DNA from: an uncultured Candidatus Saccharibacteria bacterium
GTDB taxonomy: Bacteria; Patescibacteriota; Dojkabacteria; SC72
Direction: 5' to 3'
Assembly: GCA_964403155.1 (NCBI GenBank)
Contig: CAYOEG010000002.1
Span: 8,147-72,146, forward strand
DNA length: 64,000 nt
Shown: positions 9,535 through 18,901 of the stretch, in pieces
Numbering within the stretch: the stretch's first letter is position 1
Layout: each line of letters begins with the position of its first letter
Program-made: the position numbers and the translations under genes
The notes under the pieces: generated by a model
The model's input: the letters and a program-made list of their open reading frames with translations, nothing else
Databases searched by the model: none
Told to the model about the DNA's origin: nothing

Positions 9535-10536
9535 ATGTCAAAACCTTTAAGAAGTATCATTAGGATTTTTTTCTTTGCCCTATTAACTGTAATCGTAGCA
9601 GGAGTAATAATAAAGCTTGATTATTCTAACGCACTCAAAACATCCAATAGTGATAATACAGACAAAGTCACAGTTGAAATACAGTCTGGGGAAACAGTAG
9701 AGCAGATAATACAGTCATTGATTGACCAAGGCTTACTTAAAGAGAAGTGGGCAAACTATGTAAAAATATACGTAAGGCTTAACGATTTAGCATCTAAGCT
9801 TCAAGCTGGTACATACAATATCCCACAGAATTTAAACATAGTTGAACTAATACAAACTTTACAGATGGGTAAAAATCCAGAAACATGGGTTACTGTTTTA
9901 GAAGGATTACGAAAAGATGAGATAGCAGACAAGTTAGTAGCAGAGATAGGTGGAAACTTCTCAAAGGAAACATTCCTAACACTCACAACGGACAAAACTC
10001 TAATCTCTTCTTTTGGTTTAAACGCAGAAATTAAAGATTTGGAAGGCTATCTATTCCCAGACAAGTATGCATTTGGGCAAAACGTAACAGAGGAAGATGC
10101 TATAAAAACCATGGTAGAGAATTTCAAAACGAAGGTTGGTACAACTGACAGCTATCAAACTATTAAGTTAGCGAGTTTAGTTGAGAAGGAAGGTAGAAAG
10201 GCAGAAGACCGTGCCCTAATTGCAGGAATATTTTTAAAAAGATATGAAGAAGGTTGGACACTGGGTGCAGATACAACAATTATGTATTACTTAAAGACAT
10301 GGAAAGAGGCAGACATAACCGCAGCGGACTTAGCAGATAGTAACCCTTACAATACTAGGATTGTCACAGGCTTCCCTCCTACTCCAATCTGCAACCCTGG
10401 ACTCGAATCAATCAACGCTGCTCGTAATCCCGTATCCTCAGACTACTATTACTTCATTAGTGACAAAGAAGGTAATATGCATTATGCTAAAACAGCCGCT
10501 GAGCATCAAAACAATGTCAGTACCTATCTTTATTAG
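9535..10536 (+). CDS. mltG: endolytic murein transglycosylase MltG (YceG-like)
   Basis: Single N-terminal TM and YceG-family motifs (LEGYLFPDKYAF, VEKEG). Confidence 0.8.
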   Translation: MSKPLRSIIRIFFFALLTVIVAGVIIKLDYSNALKTSNSDNTDKVTVEIQSGETVEQIIQSLIDQGLLKEKWANYVKIYVRLNDLASKLQAGTYNIPQNLNIVELIQTLQMGKNPETWVTVLEGLRKDEIADKLVAEIGGNFSKETFLTLTTDKTLISSFGLNAEIKDLEGYLFPDKYAFGQNVTEEDAIKTMVENFKTKVGTTDSYQTIKLASLVEKEGRKAEDRALIAGIFLKRYEEGWTLGADTTIMYYLKTWKEADITAADLADSNPYNTRIVTGFPPTPICNPGLESINAARNPVSSDYYYFISDKEGNMHYAKTAAEHQNNVSTYLY

Positions 10537-10557
10537 TTAAATTAAGACGCTGCCCGA

Positions 10558-12024
10558 ATGACTCTTGATATGCAAATAACAGATACAAGTAAAACAGAAA
10601 TGCCACTTGTAGAGATCCCAGAAAAAGAAACTTCCATTGTCGAGACCAGGACTCCAGACAAACCAAAGAAAAAAAGAAAATTGGGATGGTTAATAGCATT
10701 AATCATAGTCCTAATAATTGGTGGTGTAATAGGATTCGCAGTATGGAAAGGTGTATCAATATTTCAAAAGATAGGGTTAAAAATAGATGCAGGCTCATTA
10801 TCAATCACAAATCAGGAGCCAGAATTACAAAAAGATTCATCTGGTAAATATACAAATGCGCTAATAATTGGCATCGATACAAGAGAAAATAGTGGTGGGT
10901 TAAATACAGACACCTTAATAGTATCCTCTTACAACTACGAAACAAACAATATTACAATGATCTCCATACCAAGAGATCTCACTGTAGAGATCGGCGAAGA
11001 TTCTGATTGGTACAACAAGATAAATGCCGTATATGCCTTTACTAAAGAAGATGATGACGAAGAGAAAGGTATCTTAGAGCTCAAAAGAACAATTGAAGAG
11101 CTTACAGGAATGGAGATTCAATACTACGCAATGGTTAACTTTGAAGCATTCACACAAATTGTCGATGCTGTGGGAGGAGTAGATATCAATGTAGAGAATA
11201 GCTTCACGGACTATCAATATCCTTTAGGTAACGGATATCAAACAATCTCTTTCAAAGCTGGAGTTCAAATAATGAACGGAGAAACTGCATTGAAATATGC
11301 AAGATCAAGACATTCATCAGACAACGGAGAAGGTTCTGACTTCATGAGAGCAAGAAGACAACAAAAAGTTATAATGGCAGTAAAAGATAAGATATTAAGC
11401 TCTGAAACTCTTACAAATCCAAAAGCCGTAATGGGAATATTCTCAGCCGTAGCTGATAATATCAAGATTTCCGCATTTACAATTAGTGATATAGAGGCAG
11501 CTTTAAATCTTGCAGAAGATTTTAATGAAAACAATGGAATGTCATACTCTTTTGTACTAGATCCTTCTGCAGGAAATAGTCAATTAGTCGCAAATCTCTC
11601 TACATACAATGCAGATGGCTCCCTCGCATCCTATGTAATCGGTCCAAAACTAGGATTAGGGAAATACACAAATATCAATGAATATGTTGATCATATTCTT
11701 GTAAAGCCCGGGATATACTCAGACGATGCAAATATCTACGTTTACAATACAGGTCTAGGCTCACAAGAAGTCACAGATTTAGTGAAAACATTAAAAGCAG
11801 ACTACCCATACATAAACATCATAAACAAGGGAACTCTCTATTCTGACAAGGAAGGTACATACATCTATTCACATACTGAAAATGAATTTACTGCTACCGT
11901 GGATGAACTTGCAACAAGGTTAGAAATTACTAACAAAGTAAAACCAGAATATGTAACAAACAATTTAAATGGAGAAGATGTTACAATATTACTTGGTAAA
12001 GAAGTTCAGTTAGTAACGGAGTAA
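10558..12024 (+). CDS. LytR-CpsA-Psr (LCP) family cell-wall polymer transferase
   Basis: TM anchor followed by NALIIGIDTRENSGGLNTDTLIV ... ISIPRDL, the LCP signature. Confidence 0.8.
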   Translation: MTLDMQITDTSKTEMPLVEIPEKETSIVETRTPDKPKKKRKLGWLIALIIVLIIGGVIGFAVWKGVSIFQKIGLKIDAGSLSITNQEPELQKDSSGKYTNALIIGIDTRENSGGLNTDTLIVSSYNYETNNITMISIPRDLTVEIGEDSDWYNKINAVYAFTKEDDDEEKGILELKRTIEELTGMEIQYYAMVNFEAFTQIVDAVGGVDINVENSFTDYQYPLGNGYQTISFKAGVQIMNGETALKYARSRHSSDNGEGSDFMRARRQQKVIMAVKDKILSSETLTNPKAVMGIFSAVADNIKISAFTISDIEAALNLAEDFNENNGMSYSFVLDPSAGNSQLVANLSTYNADGSLASYVIGPKLGLGKYTNINEYVDHILVKPGIYSDDANIYVYNTGLGSQEVTDLVKTLKADYPYINIINKGTLYSDKEGTYIYSHTENEFTATVDELATRLEITNKVKPEYVTNNLNGEDVTILLGKEVQLVTE

Positions 12025-12028
12025 AGAA

Positions 12029-12937
12029 GTGATATACAAACTGTATCATGGTTCATCGCCATATCTGTCCCTTAGGGCTTTAAAACAAGATATTACGAAT
12101 TTTACTGATATTAAATTTCAGGTAATTAATGCAGAAATTCGTGACTCTCAAGAAATATATGACCAGGTTGGAAGTAAATCACTTTTTGAAGCACAGAGAG
12201 GAATAATCATTAAAAGGCTTTACAAAAACAAAGACAAAGATCGACTGATTGAGAGCATCTTAGCCATTATCGAGAAAAACCAATCTCAGGACATAATATA
12301 TTTTTGGGAAGAGGAGAAGATCAGAGTAAATACTAAATATCTAAAGTTTTTCAGCAAAAACTCTGCAGTTGAAGAGTTTGATGAATTAAATAAAAGATCA
12401 TTTGCGACATGGTTAAAAGAAGAACTTGATAACAACGGATTAAAGATGGACCTCCCTCTACAAAAGCTTCTCGCAGAGAAAACTAATTACGATCCTGAAA
12501 GATGTATTAATGAAATAAAGAAACTAAAATTAGATCCAGAATCAGATCTTCGCTATGTTACAGATACTCTAGAAAGAGATATTTGGGCATTGATAGATGC
12601 AATAAATCACAAAGATAGGGCTCAAAGCATGAACATATTAGAAAATCTATACAAACAGAACAACGACCCTAATTACATACTCTCTATGCTTGCAAGAAAT
12701 CTAAGAATCATGACCCTTGCAAAATACCTAAACGAGCAAGGTAAGTCCTTCAAAGAAATTTGTTCAATCCTCAGAATTCCACCATTCACCCTCCCCTCCA
12801 TACTGGATAGTTCTAAAGGCTATGAATGGAAAAATATCCAACAGATATACAAGAAATTGGCCAATCTAGATCAACAAATTAAAACAGGAAAAATTGATGG
12901 GAATCTCGGTTTAACTCTCATATGTCCATACCTATAA
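12029..12937 (+). CDS. holA: DNA polymerase III delta subunit
   Basis: GTG start; pattern matches HolA (IWALIDAINHKDRAQSMNILENLY..., SMLARNLRIM, KSFKEICSILRIPPF); 302 aa. Confidence 0.55.
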   Translation: MIYKLYHGSSPYLSLRALKQDITNFTDIKFQVINAEIRDSQEIYDQVGSKSLFEAQRGIIIKRLYKNKDKDRLIESILAIIEKNQSQDIIYFWEEEKIRVNTKYLKFFSKNSAVEEFDELNKRSFATWLKEELDNNGLKMDLPLQKLLAEKTNYDPERCINEIKKLKLDPESDLRYVTDTLERDIWALIDAINHKDRAQSMNILENLYKQNNDPNYILSMLARNLRIMTLAKYLNEQGKSFKEICSILRIPPFTLPSILDSSKGYEWKNIQQIYKKLANLDQQIKTGKIDGNLGLTLICPYL

Positions 12938-12942
12938 ATCAT

Positions 12943-12971
12943 TTGACACCATTATATTATTAACTTAAACT
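12943..12971 (+). promoter_or_regulatory. putative sigma70-type promoter (TTGACA-17-TAAACT) for the 13003 surface-protein gene
   Basis: TTGACA at 12943-12948, 17-nt spacer, TAAACT at 12966-12971, about 30 nt upstream of the start codon. Confidence 0.3.
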
Positions 12972-13002
12972 GAATAGTGAATATTCATTTACACCTGCCC
13001 TA

Positions 13003-14754
13003 ATGGAAGAAGGAATACGAGTCACGCAAGTGAAAGCAAAATCTAAGAAACTCCAGACGGTCCTTCTTGTCATAACAGGGATTTTAGGACTTGCACTTGT
13101 CGGTACAGCAATCTATTTCTACACCATCAAAGATACCTCTTCTAATACTGACGACTCCCGTACCATAACCTGTGGCTGTTATTATATAGATCCAAAAGTT
13201 AGTACCGAGTGTGGAGATCCAAGAAGAACTTTCAAATTTGAGCTTTCTACAGGCACTAGTACTGATACATGTAAAACAACTTGCTCCACAAGCAATATCT
13301 CTACTAATGATTTAAACAGTAGCACCGAACAAGATCTCTATCAAATATGTCAACTACAAAGTATCGCAGATACAAGCTGTCAATCAATGACAATTAAAGA
13401 TAAGAATGGAAAGATTGTTACGGGCGAAGTAACTTCAGCAGACGAATTAACTATAGAGGCGACATTTGACAAAGAATACACCGATTACAAATTCATCATA
13501 AATAACGAATCTGTAGATCCAGATGTAATAACACCCAATAAGCTAACAATACAAAAGGCTATTAGTGACCTCAGCTCCTCAACTGCTATAAACATAGTTG
13601 CGACTGGTACAACAGAGGATGGGGAGCAGATAAATACCCCTATCTGTAGAAGATTAATAGAGGTAACACAATCAAGTGAAGCAAATGTTACTAATCTCCA
13701 ATTGACATCAAGGCTTGCTAGTGGCGTTACCAAAATTTCTAGCGCCAGGATCGCAACAGGAGAACTCTCCTCAACTTCAGATATATCAGTCAAATTTACA
13801 TTCAGTGATACAGTCTCTGTGCTAACAATGACCAAGGGATTCACCGTAGATAGTACCGCAGGGACAATAGAGATTATAGAGCAAGATCTATACAACACAG
13901 CAAACTTCTCCGAAGGCAGAAGTTTCTCTGATCTTGATACATACAAGAGTAGTATGACAATACAATCCGAAGTCTTCGTTTCTGCTACCTCTATTGGCAA
14001 AGCTTCCACAAGTGTAGACTTCTCAACAACCGAGGAAAAAGAAGACAATGATACAGAAACAACACTATCTAGCTTCTCTGTAACAAATAGTGCTAACCTA
14101 CAATGTGTAGAAAGAGTATCCCCTTCCAATGCAATACAGTACACGATTGTAGTAACGAACAAGAGCACTACATCACAAAAGATCACCAATATAACTGACA
14201 AATTACCTCTTGGATTTGCATATACTGCAAATAGTACAAAAATTAATAGTGTCACAATAACAGATTCTGGATATGTCGCCACAGCTAATGTCGGAGATAC
14301 ACAACAAATAGTATTTGCGAAAACAGATGGGTGGACACTAAGTGCCAATCAATCCCTTACCATAGTATTTGGAGCCACAGCCGGCTCGGAAACACTCTCT
14401 GGAGCAAATAACAACGAAGTTGTTGTTACACCGGAACAAGTTCCTGCGGATCCATCAACACTACGAACATCCAAGAACGTTACCGTTGCCCAAGACTGTG
14501 ACAATGTAACAGAAGAGGAAGAAGAAACACCTAGCACAGGGATGTTCGATAGCATAGTCGCAAAGGTTTTGATAGGTTTAATTATAGTTCTAGCAGGATG
14601 GTTCGTATACAACAAGCCACAAGGGAAGATACTTGTCGAGAAGTTTGTAGATTCTGATCTATACAAAGACACAGAACTTAACACTTGGAAAATATTCAAA
14701 CCAAAGAAATACTTCGAAGAGATTGTCGTTAGAAAAACGCAAAAGAGAAATTAA
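13003..14754 (+). CDS. Cys- and Ser/Thr-rich surface protein with DUF11-like repeat domain and C-terminal TM anchor
   Basis: N-terminal TM; Cys-rich segment (TITCGCYYIDPKVSTECGDP...TCKTTCSTS); DUF11-like block (TIVVTNKSTTSQKITNITDKLPLGFAYT); C-terminal EEEEETPSTG + hydrophobic helix + KPQGK resembling a sorting signal, followed by an extra 50-aa tail. Confidence 0.5.
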   Translation: MEEGIRVTQVKAKSKKLQTVLLVITGILGLALVGTAIYFYTIKDTSSNTDDSRTITCGCYYIDPKVSTECGDPRRTFKFELSTGTSTDTCKTTCSTSNISTNDLNSSTEQDLYQICQLQSIADTSCQSMTIKDKNGKIVTGEVTSADELTIEATFDKEYTDYKFIINNESVDPDVITPNKLTIQKAISDLSSSTAINIVATGTTEDGEQINTPICRRLIEVTQSSEANVTNLQLTSRLASGVTKISSARIATGELSSTSDISVKFTFSDTVSVLTMTKGFTVDSTAGTIEIIEQDLYNTANFSEGRSFSDLDTYKSSMTIQSEVFVSATSIGKASTSVDFSTTEEKEDNDTETTLSSFSVTNSANLQCVERVSPSNAIQYTIVVTNKSTTSQKITNITDKLPLGFAYTANSTKINSVTITDSGYVATANVGDTQQIVFAKTDGWTLSANQSLTIVFGATAGSETLSGANNNEVVVTPEQVPADPSTLRTSKNVTVAQDCDNVTEEEEETPSTGMFDSIVAKVLIGLIIVLAGWFVYNKPQGKILVEKFVDSDLYKDTELNTWKIFKPKKYFEEIVVRKTQKRN

Positions 14755-15161
14755 AGATCCGCAAGTGAGAAATCTAATGCTTTACCATTGTATCCATACG
14801 TTACCTCATCTGAATTTATGAGAAGATAATATCGTTGAGTTGTCAAAAGTTTTTCCAACTTTACCTCGTGTGTTTTTGATCTTACCTTATTAGTCTGATC
14901 CACTCCTACCATTACCAAATTATCCCTATTATCACCATACTGGACAAAACCAACACACTCCTTTTTGGTACTCCATTTAACAATCGCAGTGTATTCCTGC
15001 TCTCCTTTTTCGATAAAAATATTGTAAGGTACACAATCTCGTTTCAAAGAAGCAAAGATATTCGAACCAAAAGTATTTTTTACAAACAATAAAGAGAGGG
15101 AAAGCCCCACTATGAAAATACCAAAAAAACCTGTTATTAAAAAAATCTTAGTTCGCTTCAT
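14751..15161 (-). CDS. hypothetical membrane-anchored protein (Fn3-like beta domain?)
   Basis: N-terminal TM then about 100 aa predicted extracytoplasmic; overlaps the upstream gene by 14 nt, so likely an operon. Confidence 0.4.
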   Translation of the reverse strand: MKRTKIFLITGFFGIFIVGLSLSLLFVKNTFGSNIFASLKRDCVPYNIFIEKGEQEYTAIVKWSTKKECVGFVQYGDNRDNLVMVGVDQTNKVRSKTHEVKLEKLLTTQRYYLLINSDEVTYGYNGKALDFSLADL

Positions 15162-15564
15162 TACTCTCGATCAAAATATAACTTTCTTTTATAGACGAAT
15201 GCTCTCCATCTGATACACGAATCTTTAACTTGTACTGCCCTTCACTCCCAACAGAAGGGACTCCGTATACTTTTTTTCCATCAACAGACATCCAACTAGG
15301 AGCATTAATCAAAGTAAGTGCCAAATCCTCATCAGAAGTATCACCATCTGAGCACTCCGCAATATATGCGTACTCTTCCCCTACAACACCCACAGCTGTA
15401 GGAGAATTTACAATGTATGGGACATCTACAATGTTACTTTTCCCTAACACTGTCTCTGTATCACTAGTATCCTTGTTTCTCTCCATCAGAATAATTCCTA
15501 CTGTACCAATTATCAAAACAACAAAAACACTGAGAACAACTTTAGCTTTTCTACTAGCATCCAT
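15148..15564 (-). CDS. membrane-anchored protein with He_PIG/cadherin-like domain
   Basis: N-terminal TM; PTAVGVVGEEYAYIAECSDGDTSDEDLALTLINAPSWMSVDG matches the putative-Ig (He_PIG) consensus. Confidence 0.45.
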   Translation of the reverse strand: MDASRKAKVVLSVFVVLIIGTVGIILMERNKDTSDTETVLGKSNIVDVPYIVNSPTAVGVVGEEYAYIAECSDGDTSDEDLALTLINAPSWMSVDGKKVYGVPSVGSEGQYKLKIRVSDGEHSSIKESYILIESNEAN

Positions 15565-15659
15565 AATACGAGTTTAACACAAAAAAATATGTTTACAAAC
15601 AATAGATTTACATATATAATACTCCTAGTTTAAGCAGTTTATATTATCCATTGTAGGAA

Positions 15660-15956
15660 ATGCCAAATTTAAAAACATCAATAAAAGATTTAAGAAAGAA
15701 CAAAAGAAGAGAAGTTGTTAATGACAGATTAAGAGAAAGATCTAAAAAATCTGTTAAGAAATTTAACACACTTCTTTCTGATAACAATATTGATGAAGCA
15801 AAGGCTACATTGAAGCATATATATAAAGTCCTTGACAAAGCAGCTAAGAAAAATGTTATAAAAGATGGTAAGGCAGACAGATTAAAAGGTCGTCTTACTA
15901 AAAAATTAAACACTATTGCCCAAAATAATGTCAAAGCTGCTAACAAGAGCGCTTAA
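15660..15956 (+). CDS. rpsT: 30S ribosomal protein S20
   Basis: Highly basic 98-aa protein, PNLKTSIKDLRKNKRRE N-terminus and helical KA-rich body typical of S20. Confidence 0.75.
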   Translation: MPNLKTSIKDLRKNKRREVVNDRLRERSKKSVKKFNTLLSDNNIDEAKATLKHIYKVLDKAAKKNVIKDGKADRLKGRLTKKLNTIAQNNVKAANKSA

Positions 15957-16479
15957 AATATCTCTAGCACCAGCAATATTGCTAATTGCGGGGAAATTTC
16001 TTGGTATTTTAGGAACAAGTCTCGCATACAATCTTAATTTTCAAATCAGTAATGATCTTGGAACGAATTTTTCGGTCCAGATATTCTTTCCAGATGCTTC
16101 AATGACTCTCTTTGTAAACTCAATTTCCAATATTGCCATGATTGCCTTCATAGCAATCCCATTAGCGATATTCATAACTAAAACATATCTCTACAATACC
16201 GTTGCTAAGAACCCACGAACCATTATTAAAATGACTCGCTTCAACATACTCAAATGGATAACTAGCAAGGATACCTCTTTTCTTAAAATATTCATCTGGT
16301 GTGCATTCCTTTGGATAGCATGCGGCATAACTATCGCACATACACTACAAGGAAATACATATGAATGGGTCGGAATAATAGCTGGAAGTCTAGCACTCCT
16401 AGCATCTCTGTTTACAATCAAGACATTTGAGATTGAAACTGATAATATATATCCAACAGAACATAACAGATATTACTAA
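15916..16479 (+). CDS. hypothetical polytopic membrane protein (start uncertain: TTG at 15916 or ATG at 15928/16102)
   Basis: Four or more predicted TM helices; the ORF overlaps the rpsT 3' end, so the true start is probably downstream. Confidence 0.35.
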   Translation: MPKIMSKLLTRALKISLAPAILLIAGKFLGILGTSLAYNLNFQISNDLGTNFSVQIFFPDASMTLFVNSISNIAMIAFIAIPLAIFITKTYLYNTVAKNPRTIIKMTRFNILKWITSKDTSFLKIFIWCAFLWIACGITIAHTLQGNTYEWVGIIAGSLALLASLFTIKTFEIETDNIYPTEHNRYY

Positions 16480-16480
16480 G

Positions 16481-17050
16481 ATGGTAAAAGAGAGAACACA
16501 AAAAGCAAAGAATTTCTTTTCTGTAATTGTAGAACCTTTTGCAATGGGCTTACTTGCCCTACTCTTCATAATCCCCACAATCACAGTGATGAATCTTTCT
16601 CCAATTACTAAAAAATTGGAGCAATTAAATGTTTTGGGTGTAAATACTGCATCTTCTGTCTCTGTCACATTGGTTGGTGGTAAACATGAGGTGTTTTCAG
16701 AAGAAGATCTTGTTAAAGTATCGAGCTCAGAATACAACTATGCTGTAAGATTAAGTAAAAGAGCAGCAGACAGTTACTCAAAACCGATATTAGAAATCGA
16801 AAATAAAACATCTGAGGTGCAAGAGATCTCTTTCCTGGGTCAAACAAAAACTTCTACTCAGTCAAATATAAGCCTTCAGATTGATCAAAAAGCATATAGA
16901 CTAGAGGATGACAAAGGATTCACATACCCACATAGTATTTTCTTAGCTCCTACTGAGAAGGTAATTGTATTCCTCTCTGTTGAAAATCTCACAGGTATTC
17001 AGTTCTCAGAAACTTTCGATCTTCAAGTTAAGGTTGTAGAAAACCTTTAA
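16481..17050 (+). CDS. hypothetical membrane-anchored protein
   Basis: ATG at 16481 directly follows the upstream stop (TAA 16477-16479); N-terminal TM (FAMGLLALLFIIPTITVM); the listed ORF from 16427 is a 5' over-extension. Confidence 0.4.
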   Translation: MVKERTQKAKNFFSVIVEPFAMGLLALLFIIPTITVMNLSPITKKLEQLNVLGVNTASSVSVTLVGGKHEVFSEEDLVKVSSSEYNYAVRLSKRAADSYSKPILEIENKTSEVQEISFLGQTKTSTQSNISLQIDQKAYRLEDDKGFTYPHSIFLAPTEKVIVFLSVENLTGIQFSETFDLQVKVVENL

Positions 17051-17089
17051 AATCTACAAAAATCCCAAGGTATAAGATATAATGCACCT

Positions 17090-18901
17090 ATGCTTGATAA
17101 AATTCGTAACTTTTCAATAATTGCACACATAGATCATGGTAAGTCTACCTTGGCAGATAGGATGCTTGAGGCAACACATACCGATCTTACACATGAGAAG
17201 CGAAAAGAGAGAGTTTTAGATAGATTAGAACTTGAGCAAGAAAAAGGTATAACCATAAAACTTCAGGCATGTACGATGCATTGGAAAGGCTATCAATTAA
17301 ACCTCATTGATACACCAGGGCATGTAGATTTCTCATACGAGGTATCAAGATCATTAGCTGCATGCGAGGCTGCTATTTTACTGGTAGATGCAAGTCAGGG
17401 GATTCAAGCTCAAACACTCTCTAACGCTAGGAAAGCAATAGACTTGGGACTGAAATTAATCCCTGTTTTAAACAAGATAGATCTACCAGGAGTGCATGTA
17501 GAAGAAAGAGAAAATGAAATTGTTGACCTGCTCGGATTTAACAAAGATGAGATCATAAAAGTATCTGGGAAAACAGGAGAGAACGTAGGCAAATTACTAG
17601 ATTCAATAATTGAACACGTCCCTACCCCACAAGGCGATAGCAATACTCCCCTTAAAGCATTAATCTTCGATTCTTTCTACGACGAACACAGAGGAGTTGT
17701 TGTAGCAGTGAGAATTTTCGAGGGACACGTTAAACACGTTCATGGGAAAGCTATATCTTTAAATATTCTTCAAAGACAAGAGAAATTCAAACCTACAGAA
17801 GTGGGAATATTCTCACCAGATTTAGAAGAAACAGGGGTATTAAACACTGGCGAAGTTGGATATATAGCCACTGGATTGAAAGATATCAGCTACTTTACTG
17901 TCGGAGATACTATCTCTGATAAAGATGACACCTCCCCACTCCCTGGCTACAAAGCACCAAAACCAAATATCTTTGCAACATTCTTTCCAATTGATTCAGA
18001 AGACTATGATAACCTTAAAACTGGATTAGCAAAACTTGCGCTTAACGATGCATCACTGACATACACAGATCAGAGATCTAACTTACTTGGATCAGGGTTT
18101 AGATGTGGCTTTCTAGGCCTCCTACATATGGATATCATTCAAGAAAGACTTGAGCGTGAGTATGACGTCAACTTAATAATTACAGCCCCTACAGTTGAGT
18201 ACCAAGTAACAAAGATGACTGGTGAGGAGATAGAGATACAAACTCCACAAGAGATGCCAGACCCATCGTTGATAAAAGAGATTAGAGAACCTTGGGTAAG
18301 GATAGAGCTTCTAACACCAGCACAATATATGGGAGATTTAATGAAGCTATGTCAGTTTCGAAGAGGTCAGTATGTAAATACTAAGTATCTTACACATAGT
18401 AAGAGTGATATGCAGATGAAGGATCAGTACATTGTATTGGAATATGATATGCCATTGGCATCATTGATCTCTAATTTCTTCGATCAGATGAAAAATATAT
18501 CCAGTGGATATGCCTCTATGGAATATGAATTCATTGATTTCTTTCCTGCAGATATTGTCAAAGTTTCAGTATTGGTTAACCATGAGGAGATACCTGCACT
18601 AAGTTTCCTTGATACTAGAGATGGTGCAAGAGCTAAGGCCGTAAAACTTCTCGAAGAGATGAAGAAAGTAATTCCACGACAACAGTTCCCTATTCCACTT
18701 CAAGCAGCAGTAAATTCAAAAGTACTTGCAAGAGAAGATATTAGTGCATTTAGAAAGGATGTTACCTCAAAACTCTACGGTGGAGACTATACAAGAAAAT
18801 TGAAACTACTCCAGAAGCAGAAAAAGGGGAAAGCTAGATTAAAACAGATTGGAAAAGTAAATATACCTCAGGAGGCATTTTTAGCTATACTTAAGACATA
18901 A
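17090..18901 (+). CDS. lepA: translation elongation factor 4 (LepA)
   Basis: IRNFSIIAHIDHGKSTLADR G1 motif, DTPGHVDF, NKIDLP and the LepA-specific C-terminal domain; 603 aa. Confidence 0.95.
   Translation: MLDKIRNFSIIAHIDHGKSTLADRMLEATHTDLTHEKRKERVLDRLELEQEKGITIKLQACTMHWKGYQLNLIDTPGHVDFSYEVSRSLAACEAAILLVDASQGIQAQTLSNARKAIDLGLKLIPVLNKIDLPGVHVEERENEIVDLLGFNKDEIIKVSGKTGENVGKLLDSIIEHVPTPQGDSNTPLKALIFDSFYDEHRGVVVAVRIFEGHVKHVHGKAISLNILQRQEKFKPTEVGIFSPDLEETGVLNTGEVGYIATGLKDISYFTVGDTISDKDDTSPLPGYKAPKPNIFATFFPIDSEDYDNLKTGLAKLALNDASLTYTDQRSNLLGSGFRCGFLGLLHMDIIQERLEREYDVNLIITAPTVEYQVTKMTGEEIEIQTPQEMPDPSLIKEIREPWVRIELLTPAQYMGDLMKLCQFRRGQYVNTKYLTHSKSDMQMKDQYIVLEYDMPLASLISNFFDQMKNISSGYASMEYEFIDFFPADIVKVSVLVNHEEIPALSFLDTRDGARAKAVKLLEEMKKVIPRQQFPIPLQAAVNSKVLAREDISAFRKDVTSKLYGGDYTRKLKLLQKQKKGKARLKQIGKVNIPQEAFLAILKT

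Noticed and set aside
13485-14699. Large minus-strand ORFs (287 and 116 aa) inside the 13003-14754 surface-protein gene
   Set aside because: The sense strand encodes a coherent TM/Cys-rich/DUF11-like protein. The antisense ORFs are a by-product of the stop-poor Ser/Thr-rich codon composition.
16427-16480. 5' extension of the 16481-17050 gene
   Set aside because: Overlaps the upstream gene's 3' end. An ATG at 16481 immediately after the upstream stop gives a sensible TM-anchored protein.
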